Shown: positions 51,896 to 62,370, counted from the stretch's first letter. The stretch: DNA of 64,000 nucleotides from Bdellovibrionales bacterium (GCA_965262715.1 OZ253553.1:1408001-1472000); one strand, 5' to 3'. The notes: generated by a model not told the origin, from the letters alone. Translations and numbers: made by a program.

Positions 51896-53026
51896 ATGAA
51901 AAACCTCAATTCAAGTTTTATGATAGTTACAGTTATTCTTATAAGTCTGTCAAACCATTTGCTAGCACAGCAAGATCAAGGACCACAAATACAGACAAAC
52001 CAAGACACACAACTTGAGGAAGAGCAACATGAATCATCACCAGGAGATTCATTAGCACAAGAAATTATTGATTATGCAAGGGAATTACTCTTAGAAAGTA
52101 CTGCATACACCACTTACAACATCACATCAGATGAAATTTTAAAGTCTTCAAAGAATCTTCGCTATCAAGGAGGTATCAATAGATCCTATTTTCTTTCTGA
52201 TACAGTAAATGATGTGGCAGAAAGAGTAAATTTCAATAACATGGAGCGATTGGAATTTCTCAAATATCTTTTGGACACAGGTTTTTCTCCTTCACATTCT
52301 TATATCAATATGGCTGATTATTTTGTTCAAGATGACCTTTCAGATGAAACCTTCTTTCCTACAGTTGAAGACTTCACTCGATTAAAAGATATCTGTCGCA
52401 CGCGAGATTGGCCTTGTGATTCTTCCCCTCTCTCTTTTACAAGGCTGTCCCTCTTCTTAACACTTTTTCCAAGAGGACCTCGTCAAGAAAATGCATATCT
52501 TGGCTCTGCATATATTGAAATCTTATTGGATAATCTTGGATATACTTTGGAAGACCTTACCCCTCATGATTTAATGGTTCTTGAACAATTTTTAAGAGAT
52601 TTAAACTATGTTCCTGGCTGGTCTTCTGGCTATCAACCTGTTCAAAGACAGCATATAAAATATGTGACTGATGATGATTTTCAAACAGAAGTGATTGAAG
52701 CTAGTAGAGATAATCCTGTTATTGTCTATTTTTATGCTTCTTGGTGTCCCCCCTGTCGAACAATGACTCCCATGATGGAAAGGCTAGCTGATGAATTTGA
52801 AGGAGATTTCACCTTAGCTAAGATCTATTTGGACGGCAATCCTAATAGTCGAGAGATTCTATCTACAAGAGCCATTCCAGCCCTTGTGTTTTACAAGGAT
52901 GGTGAAAGCATCTCAGAATATATAGGGCTTAGCGGAACTATGACAACAAAACATCGAATAATAACCCAATTAGAATTAAGTAAAACTAGATATCTTCCAA
53001 ACTCTTTGAGAGAGATGCTCTTTTGA
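51896..53026 (+). CDS. Secreted protein with C-terminal thioredoxin domain
   Basis: Signal peptide; VIVYFYASWCPPCR and cis-Pro motif AIPAL; aaaggag RBS. Confidence 0.85.
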   Translation: MKNLNSSFMIVTVILISLSNHLLAQQDQGPQIQTNQDTQLEEEQHESSPGDSLAQEIIDYARELLLESTAYTTYNITSDEILKSSKNLRYQGGINRSYFLSDTVNDVAERVNFNNMERLEFLKYLLDTGFSPSHSYINMADYFVQDDLSDETFFPTVEDFTRLKDICRTRDWPCDSSPLSFTRLSLFLTLFPRGPRQENAYLGSAYIEILLDNLGYTLEDLTPHDLMVLEQFLRDLNYVPGWSSGYQPVQRQHIKYVTDDDFQTEVIEASRDNPVIVYFYASWCPPCRTMTPMMERLADEFEGDFTLAKIYLDGNPNSREILSTRAIPALVFYKDGESISEYIGLSGTMTTKHRIITQLELSKTRYLPNSLREMLF

Positions 53027-53086
53027 TTTATTCAATTTTTTAATGGTAATAATACTCCTTAGTTACGCATCAAAAGAAATATCATG

Positions 53087-55034
53087 TTAATCATCTTTTA
53101 TTCCAGCTAAAGAATGATGAGGCTGTTCAAGAGTTAACCATTTTTTCATTCCTACAAGATAAGTTTTAAATTCATCTTCCAATTTTGACTTAACCAAAGG
53201 GTTATCCAATGGTACCTTAACTTGATCATCTGTCATTTCAAAAGCTTGTATATCTTTGCTTGAAAGATGATATGTAACAAGATATTGGCCTGTTCTATAA
53301 TAATAATAATGAGCATCTGAAAAAAGACTCACACCCTTTTTATCAAATTGAAGTAAGTTTTTTCCTAAAAAAGAATGATATCCCTCATAACCAATCATAT
53401 GAAGCATGGTAGCTGGCACATCATGATGAGAACCTACCTTTAAGCTAACTCCTTTGCGAGTTAAACCTCTGCGGTCTAAAATAATTAAAGGCACCTGCAT
53501 ATGTTCTAAACTGTTTTCTGTATAAGCTATTTTATTCCACGATCTATGTTCACCCGTTAAGATAACAATAAGATTATCCTCTAATAAAGCAGAAATCTTT
53601 TCAACAAAATCCTCGACAAGCCAATTAGTATAACACAAACCTTTTTGAAGCCTCTCATGATAAGCATCTCTCTCAGAAGAAATTGTACAAACATCGTCAA
53701 AAGAAAATCTTTGAAAAATAGTGCTTGAAGAAGAATTGATCACATCACCAAAATGAAGTGAGTTGAGCATTATTTTTACAAAGAGAGGATTGGATTTATA
53801 AACCTTTTTCATCTCTAAAAAAGCTCTTTCAAGAAGCTGTTGATCATCTACTTTGATATACCCTGAAAAGTTAACATCAAACTCTTTTGGTCCAAAAGCT
53901 TGATCTCCACCATATTTTAAAAAACGAGAATCCATATTATATATATTGCTTCCTATAAATATTGAAGATTTATAGCCCATAGATTTAAGAATTTCAATAA
54001 TAGAAACTTTATGTGGACTCTTAGAGTGATTGTACAAGTTATTACCATCAATCATAGGAAAACCCAATAACAGAGATGTAAAAGCATTGATACTGCACTG
54101 CCAATGGAAATGAAAATTTGTGAAAGAAAGTCCTTCTTGAGCCATCTTATCTAAATAAGGAAGATACCGTATAGAGTGCGATTCATCTAAAAATTTCTGT
54201 GATAAAGAATCTATATTTAAAAGTACAATATGAGGTTTTGTCTGTAGTTTTTTTAAAGGATTTTTAAATTTTCTAGAAGAAAAAATAAAATGATCTATCA
54301 AAAACTCATCTTCACTCTCTCCAATAATACTTTGAAATTTATATTTAAAAAAACCCTCTTCATTCATATCATCTGATGCTGATAAAAAAGATAACAAGTT
54401 ACTATAAATGGAATTACCTGCAACAGTCAGATAAAATATATTGTTAAAAGAATTATAAAGGTGTTTAGAAATTTTTGTGTGAAAAGCTAGACCCATAAAA
54501 CTTAAGCCCATTATAAATAAAAATATGAAAAAAGGCAATCTTATAATTACTCTTACTGTTTAATGAAATATTTAAATTTAGTAATTTTTTTAAAGGGCAA
54601 AAGAAATAATTGGGTGAAACAGCAAACCAACTAATGATTAAAAGTAAAGGCACAATTAACATACCATAAGGGTATTTATGATAAACAGTCAAAAAAGTAC
54701 CTGTCAAAGCAGAAAAATCTGATATGTTCTTAAGGATATTGATATCAAACCTACTGTAAAAAGCTTGAAAAAAGAAAATATCAATAACAGAGAATAGTAA
54801 AAATAAAAAAGTTACAACATAGAGGTAAAATGATTGTAGAACCTTAAGAATACGATGCTTAAAAAATGTAAAAATATAAGCAGGGAAAAAGAAAATAGAG
54901 ATGGCCATACCATCTATGAAAATACCTACAAGAAACACTTTAATAAGCTCAATATCAAAACCTTCTCCACCATTTATGACAAAGAATAGTAATCGAAGGA
55001 TAGTCCCTAAAAACAAAAGCAGAAAAAAACTCAT
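53087..55034 (-). pseudogene. LTA-synthase/sulfatase-family membrane protein, split into two frames with its 5' end at an IS30 terminus
   Basis: TM region (54465-55037) overlaps the sulfatase domain ORF (KPHIVLLNIDS, GEHR, HHDVPATML) in another frame. Confidence 0.75.
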
Positions 55035-55036
55035 CA

Positions 55037-56375
55037 CGTAACTTCAAATCACAAGTGCAACTCTTTTATGTTTATAGATATTTTTAAAAGTTGTATCATT
55101 TTAAGATTAATATTTCAACAAAGTTTTAATTATCATGAAAGATTATTGTAAATTATTTAATTTGAATGAATGTATTTTGATGTTTATGGCAAAGCCAAAG
55201 TAGTCTTCGAGCTAAAACTCTGCGGAAGAACGATCCTTTGCCATAAACATCAAGCTGTTAAATAAGCATTTTCAGAAGTTATTATATATAAGTAAAATTA
55301 AATGGATAAACTATGAATAACTTCAGCAAACCATCTTTTGTCTATGAAACTCATTAGGAGTTAGAAAACCTAAACTCTTTCGAGGGCGATGGTTTAAAAG
55401 AAACTCAACCTTTTTTACATCCTTAGAGGCAATTTCTCTAAAATCTGTCTTCTTTGGAAAATACTGACGGATTAAACCATTCGTGTTCTCATTTAAACCT
55501 CTCTGATATGAACTGTAAGGATGTGCAAAATAAACTTTACATCCGGTATATTCACTGATCTTCTCATGACACGAAAATTCTTTACCATTATCCAAAGTCA
55601 TTGTATGAACAACCTCTCCTTTAAGAGCTTTAGAAATAGCATGAAAAACTGCCTCAGATCTCTTAGATTCTATTTTGACAATCCTCGTCTTCTTAGAACA
55701 TCTATCTACCAGCGTGACTAAAGCTCCTTTATGATGTCTACCTATCATTAGATCACCTTCCCAGTCTCCTATCCGACTCTTCTTATCTACTATCTTAGGC
55801 CTTTTATCAATGCTCACTCTATTCTTTATCTGACCCCTTTTATCAAATCTACTTGTACCATATCGCTTCTTCCGTTGCCTCTGACATCTTAAAAATTTGT
55901 AGAGATCTCCTCCTGATTGCTTATCTCGAAGAATATGCTGATAAATACTCTCATGACTTATAGACAAACCTTTTCGTTTAAGAAAACTGGATATCTGTTC
56001 CGGACTCAAACGATCACGAAGAAACCTCTCAAGCTTATTAATGACTTTTTGTGTTATCTTTATATGTCTATGAGAGTTTTGAAGACGATAAACCGTTTTT
56101 TCATGGGCTTGTTGAGGACGATAACCTCGCAAACCTTTGTTACGATTCAATTCCCTATATATGGTGCTTTTATCTCGACCTAGTTGCGTAGCAATTGAAC
56201 TTATTGATTTTCCACTTTGCAAAAAAGCTAAAATCTGGTATCTATCACTTTGGGTTAGATGAGTGTACTTACTCATGGAATACTCCTTTCGTTATGTAAA
56301 GTTATTGATTAGAGTATTCCTCTAACCCCCTTTAAACAACTATGCAAGGAGTTGCACTTACGACTTGAATCCACC
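55037..56375 (-). mobile_element. IS30-family insertion sequence
   Basis: Imperfect terminal IRs gtaacttcaaatcacaagtgcaactc and gtggattcaagtcgtaagtgcaactc enclosing a transposase. Confidence 0.85.
55323..56276 (-). CDS. IS30-family transposase
   Basis: HTH IATQLGRDKSTIYRELNRN, SPEQI, GDWEGD, DNGKEF, RGLNENTNGLIRQYFPK and LNHRPRKSLG. Confidence 0.97.
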   Translation of the reverse strand: MSKYTHLTQSDRYQILAFLQSGKSISSIATQLGRDKSTIYRELNRNKGLRGYRPQQAHEKTVYRLQNSHRHIKITQKVINKLERFLRDRLSPEQISSFLKRKGLSISHESIYQHILRDKQSGGDLYKFLRCQRQRKKRYGTSRFDKRGQIKNRVSIDKRPKIVDKKSRIGDWEGDLMIGRHHKGALVTLVDRCSKKTRIVKIESKRSEAVFHAISKALKGEVVHTMTLDNGKEFSCHEKISEYTGCKVYFAHPYSSYQRGLNENTNGLIRQYFPKKTDFREIASKDVKKVEFLLNHRPRKSLGFLTPNEFHRQKMVC

Positions 56376-56474
56376 TCATCATATAAGAGTTTTTAGAAAA
56401 ATAACACAGAACTTTTAATCTGATATTGGATATTGCATTTTTCAATTATTTATCTCCTTCTTGAAAAGCATCTT

Positions 56475-57416
56475 TTACCATAGTGTTAATGTGTATATAT
56501 AAATTCCATAAAGCAGTAACAGAAAGATACCTAAGCTACGATGAAAGAGTTTTGTATAAGCAGATAATGCTATTAGAAATATGGTTATTCCAAAAAGCCA
56601 AAAGTAATCATATTGCATGATAGACTTAGATATCAAGAGTGGCATGCTTAGAGATGCTAAGCCAGTTATTAAAAGAGTGTTCATAATATTTGATCCAACA
56701 ACATTAGCCATAGAAATATCATATCGCTTCTTAAAAATAGCGACTATAGAAGTTGCAAGTTCTGGAAGCCCTGTTCCTACCGAGACAATAGTTAGACCAA
56801 TAATTCTTTCTGTCATTCCTACACTTTTTCCTAAATAAATGGCTCCTAATAAAAGCAAATGAGCTCCTCCTAGTAGAAAACCAATACTTACAGAAAGAAG
56901 TACCCAATCCATAAAAAGGGAAGAGTTGTTTAATACATTGGTACATTGATCCTGAGATTGTATGTCTTTTTTTTGCTTAATAGCAAAATATAAGAAAAAG
57001 CAAAATAAAATAAGGAATACAAATCCATCTAAGCGAGTAATGCTTAGGTCCTGGCCTAAAATCCATAAAAGGCAGGTGGCCAAGAAAAGGAATATCCATT
57101 CTGTTTTTATAGATGTAAATATACTTTGGAAAGGCCTTAAAACGCAAGCAAATCCAATCACAGCTAAAAGATTGAAAATATTGGATCCTACAATATTTCC
57201 TAGTGAAATATCTGGAATACCTTTAACAGATGCCATAATAGAAGTAATCAACTCTGGAAGAGAGGTGCCAAGAGCTACAAAAGTCACAGTAATGAAAGAT
57301 GCTGGAAGATTTGTTTTTTTAGCAATATCAATGACTTTTTTAAAAAGTAAATTTGCTGATGCAATAACTAAAGCCAGACCTAATATTAATTGTAAAACAG
57401 AGATGACCATTTCCAT
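56475..57416 (-). CDS. Calcium/sodium antiporter (YrbG-like, CaCA family)
   Basis: Duplicated GTSLPEL / GTGLPEL and NIVGSNIFN / NVVGSNIMN alpha repeats. Confidence 0.94.
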   Translation of the reverse strand: MEMVISVLQLILGLALVIASANLLFKKVIDIAKKTNLPASFITVTFVALGTSLPELITSIMASVKGIPDISLGNIVGSNIFNLLAVIGFACVLRPFQSIFTSIKTEWIFLFLATCLLWILGQDLSITRLDGFVFLILFCFFLYFAIKQKKDIQSQDQCTNVLNNSSLFMDWVLLSVSIGFLLGGAHLLLLGAIYLGKSVGMTERIIGLTIVSVGTGLPELATSIVAIFKKRYDISMANVVGSNIMNTLLITGLASLSMPLLISKSIMQYDYFWLFGITIFLIALSAYTKLFHRSLGIFLLLLYGIYIYTLTLW

Positions 57417-57486
57417 CTTTGATAAGTCCTTTTATGCCTTTTTAAAATCAAACAAACCCATAAGAGCTGTTATAATACAAAGGAAG

Positions 57487-58761
57487 TTATTGTGATGTTT
57501 TATTTGATGTTTTAAAAACTTGATAAGCAGTTAAATAATTATAAGCTGTAAGCACATCAAAGTCTTTTTCTAAAAGATTTTTCTTAGATGGATTTTCTTT
57601 TACCTGTAAGAATTCTTCCTCTTCTTTTTTTAAGGCTCCTTTTATATCACTTTCTCTTCTTATTTTATGCTTTTTTAATGCCTTTTTATAAGCAGTTAAA
57701 TCTACTGGATCAATTTTGACATTTGGAGTAATACCTTGAGCCTGGATAGACTGTCCATTAGGCGTATAATAACGCGCAACAGTTATTTTTAAAGCAGAAC
57801 CATCTTCAAATCGAACTAATGATTGAATAGATCCTTTTCCAAAACTCCTCCTCCCCATAATTAATGCTCTATTATGATCTTGAAGAGCCCCTGCAAGAAT
57901 TTCACTCGCGCTTGCTGAATATTCATTGATCAATACAATAACAGGAAAATTCTTATCAATAAAACTATTCTCTTTTGCATAAATAGTATCATTTTTACTT
58001 TTATCTTTTCCCTTTATAGAAACAAGTGTTCCTTTATCAATAAATAAATCTGTAACCTTGATAGCTTGGTCAAACAATCCTCCTGGATTATTTCTTAAAT
58101 CTAAAATGATGCCCTTTAATCCGCTTTCTTTGTTTTTATGTTTTATTAATAAATCTTTAAGATCATCATAGGTCTTTTTGATGAAACTGGTGATTCTGAA
58201 GTAAGCGTAACCAGAATCTAAATCAATATACTTCACAGAATGAACAATCACTTGACCTCTTTTAATTTCAAAAGTTTTTGGAGCCTTCTCTGCTTGACGT
58301 ATAATTTGTATCTTTACTGTTGTGCCAATCTCACCCCTCAGTCTTTGTCCAATCTCAGATAAACTCAGTCCCTTTATTGATTCATCATTGATAGTAATAA
58401 TTTTATCACCTGCTTGAATACCCACCTTCCATGCTTGAGAATCTTCAATAGCAGAAAGAACTGTTAGAGCCTCATCTTTAAGAGTGACTTCAATGCCAAG
58501 ACCCCCAAACTCTCCTGAAGTACTAGATTGAAAAGATTTATACATTTCATCCGAGAGAAAGTGTGTATGAGGGTCTAGTTCCTTTAACATACCCTTAATA
58601 GCACCATATATGAGATTCTTAGTATTCACTTCTTCCACATAATATTGTTGTACAATGTGCAATGCCTTTGTAAACACAGAAAGCATTACATAATTGTTCT
58701 TCGCAGCATTGACTCCAAGAGAAATTAATAAAATAAAAATAATTAATGGCCATTTCCACAT
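57487..58761 (-). CDS. S41A carboxy-terminal processing protease (CtpA/Prc-like)
   Basis: LDPHT, GLGIEV PDZ, DLRNNPGG, SASASEI, FGKGSIQ and YYTPNG motifs. Confidence 0.96.
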   Translation of the reverse strand: MWKWPLIIFILLISLGVNAAKNNYVMLSVFTKALHIVQQYYVEEVNTKNLIYGAIKGMLKELDPHTHFLSDEMYKSFQSSTSGEFGGLGIEVTLKDEALTVLSAIEDSQAWKVGIQAGDKIITINDESIKGLSLSEIGQRLRGEIGTTVKIQIIRQAEKAPKTFEIKRGQVIVHSVKYIDLDSGYAYFRITSFIKKTYDDLKDLLIKHKNKESGLKGIILDLRNNPGGLFDQAIKVTDLFIDKGTLVSIKGKDKSKNDTIYAKENSFIDKNFPVIVLINEYSASASEILAGALQDHNRALIMGRRSFGKGSIQSLVRFEDGSALKITVARYYTPNGQSIQAQGITPNVKIDPVDLTAYKKALKKHKIRRESDIKGALKKEEEEFLQVKENPSKKNLLEKDFDVLTAYNYLTAYQVFKTSNKTSQ

Positions 58762-58849
58762 AACTATTTACTCCTCATAATCATAATAAGATAACTATTA
58801 TTGTAACTAGTTTTGTGGAAGATTAACTAGAATCCTATAAGTCTAGTTT

Positions 58850-58997
58850 CTGTTTCCCTAAAAATAAACCAGCCTCTGGCTGTTTTTGGGCAGTCAGCCT
58901 GAAGACTCACGTCTTCAAGAAAATGCTGACTGCCTCAAAAATCCGTTTATTTTTAGGAGGGAGACTCCCCTTGTTTTTTTACATCATGTTAAGGAAA
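58850..58997 (+). repeat. Family A element (copy 7)
   Basis: ctgtttccctaaaaataaac...ggcagtcagc/gctgactgcc...gtttatttttagg...atgttaaggaaa. Confidence 0.88.
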
Positions 58998-59043
58998 CTT
59001 TTTTGTAAAATGTTAGATCATTGTCTGGAAAAATCCGTTCATG

Positions 59044-59191
59044 CTGTTTCACTAAAATGTATCTAGCCTCTGGCTGTTTTTGGACAGTCAGCCTGAAGAC
59101 TCACGTCTTCAAGAAAATACTGACTGTCTCAAAAACCTGTTCATTTTTAGGAAGGAGATTCCTTTCGTTTCTTTACATCATGTTAAGGAAA
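59044..59191 (+). repeat. Family A element (copy 8)
   Basis: Near-duplicate of copy 7 with the stem changed to gacagtcag/ctgactgtc. Confidence 0.88.
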
Positions 59192-59225
59192 CTATTTCAC
59201 ATTAAAAATGTCCCTTACTCTTGAC

Positions 59226-59313
59226 AAGCAGGCAAACTAGAAAATCTGGAAAACTTTATCCAGCAATAGTTCCCTGATACTGGCACTGTTTGCCGGTTTG
59301 CCAGAATCCCGGA
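59226..59313. repeat. Family C element
   Basis: caggcaaa-ctagaaaa-tctggaaaa...tttgccgg-tttgccag-aatcccgg. Confidence 0.65.
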
Positions 59314-59346
59314 TAAAAAGATTGCATTAGTTATAAATTAAAGACA

Positions 59347-59494
59347 TTTCCTTAACATCTAGTAAAAAAACGAAGAGTATCTCGTTTACTAAAATGTATC
59401 AGGCTTTCTAGGCAATGACCTATTTGCTGATGGTGTCAACCATCAGGGTCATTGCCAGAAAGTAGCCAGAGGCTAGATGCATTTTAGTGAAACA
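59347..59494 (-). repeat. Family A element (copy 9)
   Basis: tttccttaacat...ggcaatgacc/ggtcattgcc...atgcattttagtgaaaca; ends at the stop codon of 59495-59773. Confidence 0.88.
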
Positions 59495-59773
59495 TTAGTG
59501 AAATAGCTGCCCCGAGTGAAGGAGAGTCATTACCGTGCGATGTTGGCTTTGCATAGCTAACTGAATGCAACTTAACTTATTATTACTGATAGAAGAATTA
59601 TTTTCTGTAGAAATAAAATCTGTATAATTGGATGTCACAGTTTTAACAACAGCTCCATTTTTAAAGACCTTTGTCACAATAGAAGACTTAGATTCTCCCC
59701 AATCTTCTGTTTGAATATGATAAGAACAACCTTTAAGACAAATATCAGAGTTAAATCCTTTTACAAATATCAT
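59495..59773 (-). CDS. Hypothetical protein
   Basis: 92 aa; GFNSDI...YHIQTEDWG...FKNGAVVK...MQSQH; aaagga RBS. Confidence 0.72.
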   Translation of the reverse strand: MIFVKGFNSDICLKGCSYHIQTEDWGESKSSIVTKVFKNGAVVKTVTSNYTDFISTENNSSISNNKLSCIQLAMQSQHRTVMTLLHSGQLFH

Positions 59774-59923
59774 TTCTATTAGTCCTTTTTTAACTATTTT
59801 TTAAGCTCTACTTAATGACATATTTTTTTAAATAGCTCTAAGTCTTAAATACCATATTATAAGTCTAAAATTCAATCCTCTTATTTAAAGTTATATTCAC
59901 TATGTTATATCATTACATATTAT

Positions 59924-61741
59924 ATGCAGTTACAATCATTCAGACTTCTTTTTGGTATCATGTATCTATTCACACTCTTTTTATCTGAAGGGTGTTCTAA
60001 GAAAAAAGAGGATACATCAGGCTTACCTTTGCCCAGGGAAGAGCCCCTTTGTGATACAAAAAATTTTACAAATACTGTTGCCTTTTCAGGAAAAGCTGTT
60101 TTTGAATATAGGGCACCTAAACCTGACCCTAATATTGATGAAGGATGCTTTGAAGAAGGGGTCTTAAATGGTCTTAGTAAAATTTGTTCACCAAAAAGTA
60201 TCCGCTTTGCAGATATAGAGATTTTATCATCACAGAACTGTATTACATCCGGACAAACAGATAAGAATGGTGAGTTTTCCTTAGAAGTTCCTTATGAAGA
60301 TCAGAGAGAATATACTATTAAGGTTATGTCTAGGGCTGATAACAATCAAGTTAAAGTGAGTGTTCAGGATGATCCTCATAAAGCTCAAAATCATTTTGTA
60401 TCAAAAAAAGTTACACTAGAAAATAGGTCTTCAATTGAAAATATAACGCTTACAGCACCAGCAGATGAGACCGGAGGTGCCTTTAATATTTATAATCAGA
60501 TATTAGAAGCTAATCTTTTTTTAAAAGAACAAACTAAAGGCTGTCAAAACTTTGTTTCAAGTTGTCAGCCTTTCACAGAAGCACCTAAAGTCTATGCATA
60601 TTGGAAAAAAGGGTTTAACCCTGTCAAATATTTAAGTGACTCTTCAACAAGTAGTTTTAGTTTTTATCTTCCTGACCGCAGGCAGCTTTTTATTGTGGGA
60701 GGGTCTAATGATAACATAGAAACAGCAAATACTGACCATTTTGATAACGTTATTATTTTACATGAATACGGTCACTTCATTGAAGAAGTCTTTTCTAAAA
60801 TAGATACTCCTGGAGGTTCTCATAGCGCTAAATATACTATTGATCCCAGGCTAGCTTGGTCAGAAGGTTTTGCCACATTTTTTGCAAGTGCTATTTTAGG
60901 TAAAGCCAGTTACGTTGACTCTCAAGGAATTGCTCCTAAAGGACTATTAAAGATAAATGAAGACCTAGAAGCTCACCCTCCAACAAGAGATATTTCTAAA
61001 GCTGATGGAGAAGGAAATTTTCGAGAGTTCTCTATAATAAGAACTCTTTGGGATATGATAGAACCTTATACCCACAATTCTACAACCATTGAAAGTCAAG
61101 ATGATGACCTTGTTAATGAGGGTAGTATTAAGGAATTTTGGAGTATTTTCTCAGGACCTTTTAAAGATGAAAAACATCGCTTCAGAGATTATGGATTGTT
61201 TATGTCTCTGCAAAATGAATTAGCAAATAAAACAAACTTAAGCACTCTTTTTGAAAGAGAAAAACAAAAACCTAATAGAGAAGACTTTGCTGCTCCTTTC
61301 CCTATTCCACAAGATAGAAGATCCTCTGACTGCCCTACAGCAATAAAAGCAACAGACCCAGATAGAGGAGAAAGAGACCGAATCCTCTCTTATCCATTAA
61401 GTTCGAATCAACACAGCTCTAATGATTTTTATCTCTATGAACATAAAGGAGGACGCTTATCAATAGACTTAACCTATAACCCAACAGATGCAAATACTCT
61501 AGATAAGAATAAAGCTGATTTGAATCTTTATCTTTATAATGATAAATACTCTTACCAAGAAGAAGATGATATGGTAGGATCAAGTGACGATGGAGATGAT
61601 GAGGGATCAGAAAACATACAAGTTGACACACCTAAGGGTATTTATATGGTGAATGTAATGGTATGGACAAAAAGAGGAACAAGCTTAGGAGATGAATCCA
61701 CTTATAATCTTAAAATTAATGGAAAATCATTATGTCCTTAA
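59924..61741 (+). CDS. Lipoprotein zinc metallopeptidase (gluzincin-like) with C-terminal PPC-like domain
   Basis: Lipobox SEGC; ILHEYGH with downstream AWSEGFA; DLNLYLY...E.I....P.G.Y.V.V PPC pattern. Confidence 0.78.
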   Translation: MQLQSFRLLFGIMYLFTLFLSEGCSKKKEDTSGLPLPREEPLCDTKNFTNTVAFSGKAVFEYRAPKPDPNIDEGCFEEGVLNGLSKICSPKSIRFADIEILSSQNCITSGQTDKNGEFSLEVPYEDQREYTIKVMSRADNNQVKVSVQDDPHKAQNHFVSKKVTLENRSSIENITLTAPADETGGAFNIYNQILEANLFLKEQTKGCQNFVSSCQPFTEAPKVYAYWKKGFNPVKYLSDSSTSSFSFYLPDRRQLFIVGGSNDNIETANTDHFDNVIILHEYGHFIEEVFSKIDTPGGSHSAKYTIDPRLAWSEGFATFFASAILGKASYVDSQGIAPKGLLKINEDLEAHPPTRDISKADGEGNFREFSIIRTLWDMIEPYTHNSTTIESQDDDLVNEGSIKEFWSIFSGPFKDEKHRFRDYGLFMSLQNELANKTNLSTLFEREKQKPNREDFAAPFPIPQDRRSSDCPTAIKATDPDRGERDRILSYPLSSNQHSSNDFYLYEHKGGRLSIDLTYNPTDANTLDKNKADLNLYLYNDKYSYQEEDDMVGSSDDGDDEGSENIQVDTPKGIYMVNVMVWTKRGTSLGDESTYNLKINGKSLCP

Positions 61742-62304
61742 AACATAGAATTTATTTTAACAAATCAACATGGACTAACATATTAATTATCATGCTAGTG
61801 ACTTTAGGACTGTATCAAGTGACTTCTTATTCTATTTCTTTATCCCAGATATCTAATGAAAATAAAATAGATGTTTTATCAAGAATACCAAATAATTTTA
61901 ATCATTTTGGAATAGAAATTCAAGCCGAATCCACAAGTCAAAATTTAATACTGCAAAGCAAAATAGGCATTCAAGTTGTATTAACTATTTCTGGATCAGT
62001 AGAAGATCTTTATTTGGACTGGGCCTTAGAGCAAGATATTAATATCACTCAGTCAGAGCTACCTACAGAAACTATTTCTTTTAATGAAGCCCAAGAATCA
62101 CCTATAACATACAGTGCAGAAATTCAAATCACAGGAGATCGTCCTCATATCATTGTTCAAGCATACACTCTAGGAGATGAAGGAGAAAAAATAGGAGAGA
62201 GCGCTGAGCTTTACTTCAATTCAAATGGAACTCATTTTCTTCCCAACACACTTTCACAAGATGAAATAAACATCAGAATTGATCCTAACAAAATCATTCG
62301 ATAA
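61732..62304 (+). CDS. Hypothetical membrane-anchored protein
   Basis: Overlaps the upstream stop codon; one N-terminal TM segment. Confidence 0.7.
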   Translation: MSLKHRIYFNKSTWTNILIIMLVTLGLYQVTSYSISLSQISNENKIDVLSRIPNNFNHFGIEIQAESTSQNLILQSKIGIQVVLTISGSVEDLYLDWALEQDINITQSELPTETISFNEAQESPITYSAEIQITGDRPHIIVQAYTLGDEGEKIGESAELYFNSNGTHFLPNTLSQDEINIRIDPNKIIR

Positions 62305-62331
62305 ACTCTATAGGATGAGGATATTTTTGTT

Positions 62332-62359
62332 TTCTTACATAACTTATCTTATGCAACTT
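62332..62359 (-). other. dif-like XerC/D site candidate
   Basis: Minus strand aagttgcataa-gataag-ttatgtaagaa fits the 11-6-11 CATAA-N6-TTATGT layout. Confidence 0.45.
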
Positions 62360-62370
62360 TTATAACTTTA

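Noticed and set aside
59021..59224. 67-aa ORF
   Set aside because: Lies almost entirely within a Family A repeat; no RBS or protein features.
58850..59494. Possible CRISPR array
   Set aside because: Units are about 150 bp, in mixed orientation and dispersed elsewhere; there are no constant 25-45-bp repeats with unique spacers and no cas genes.
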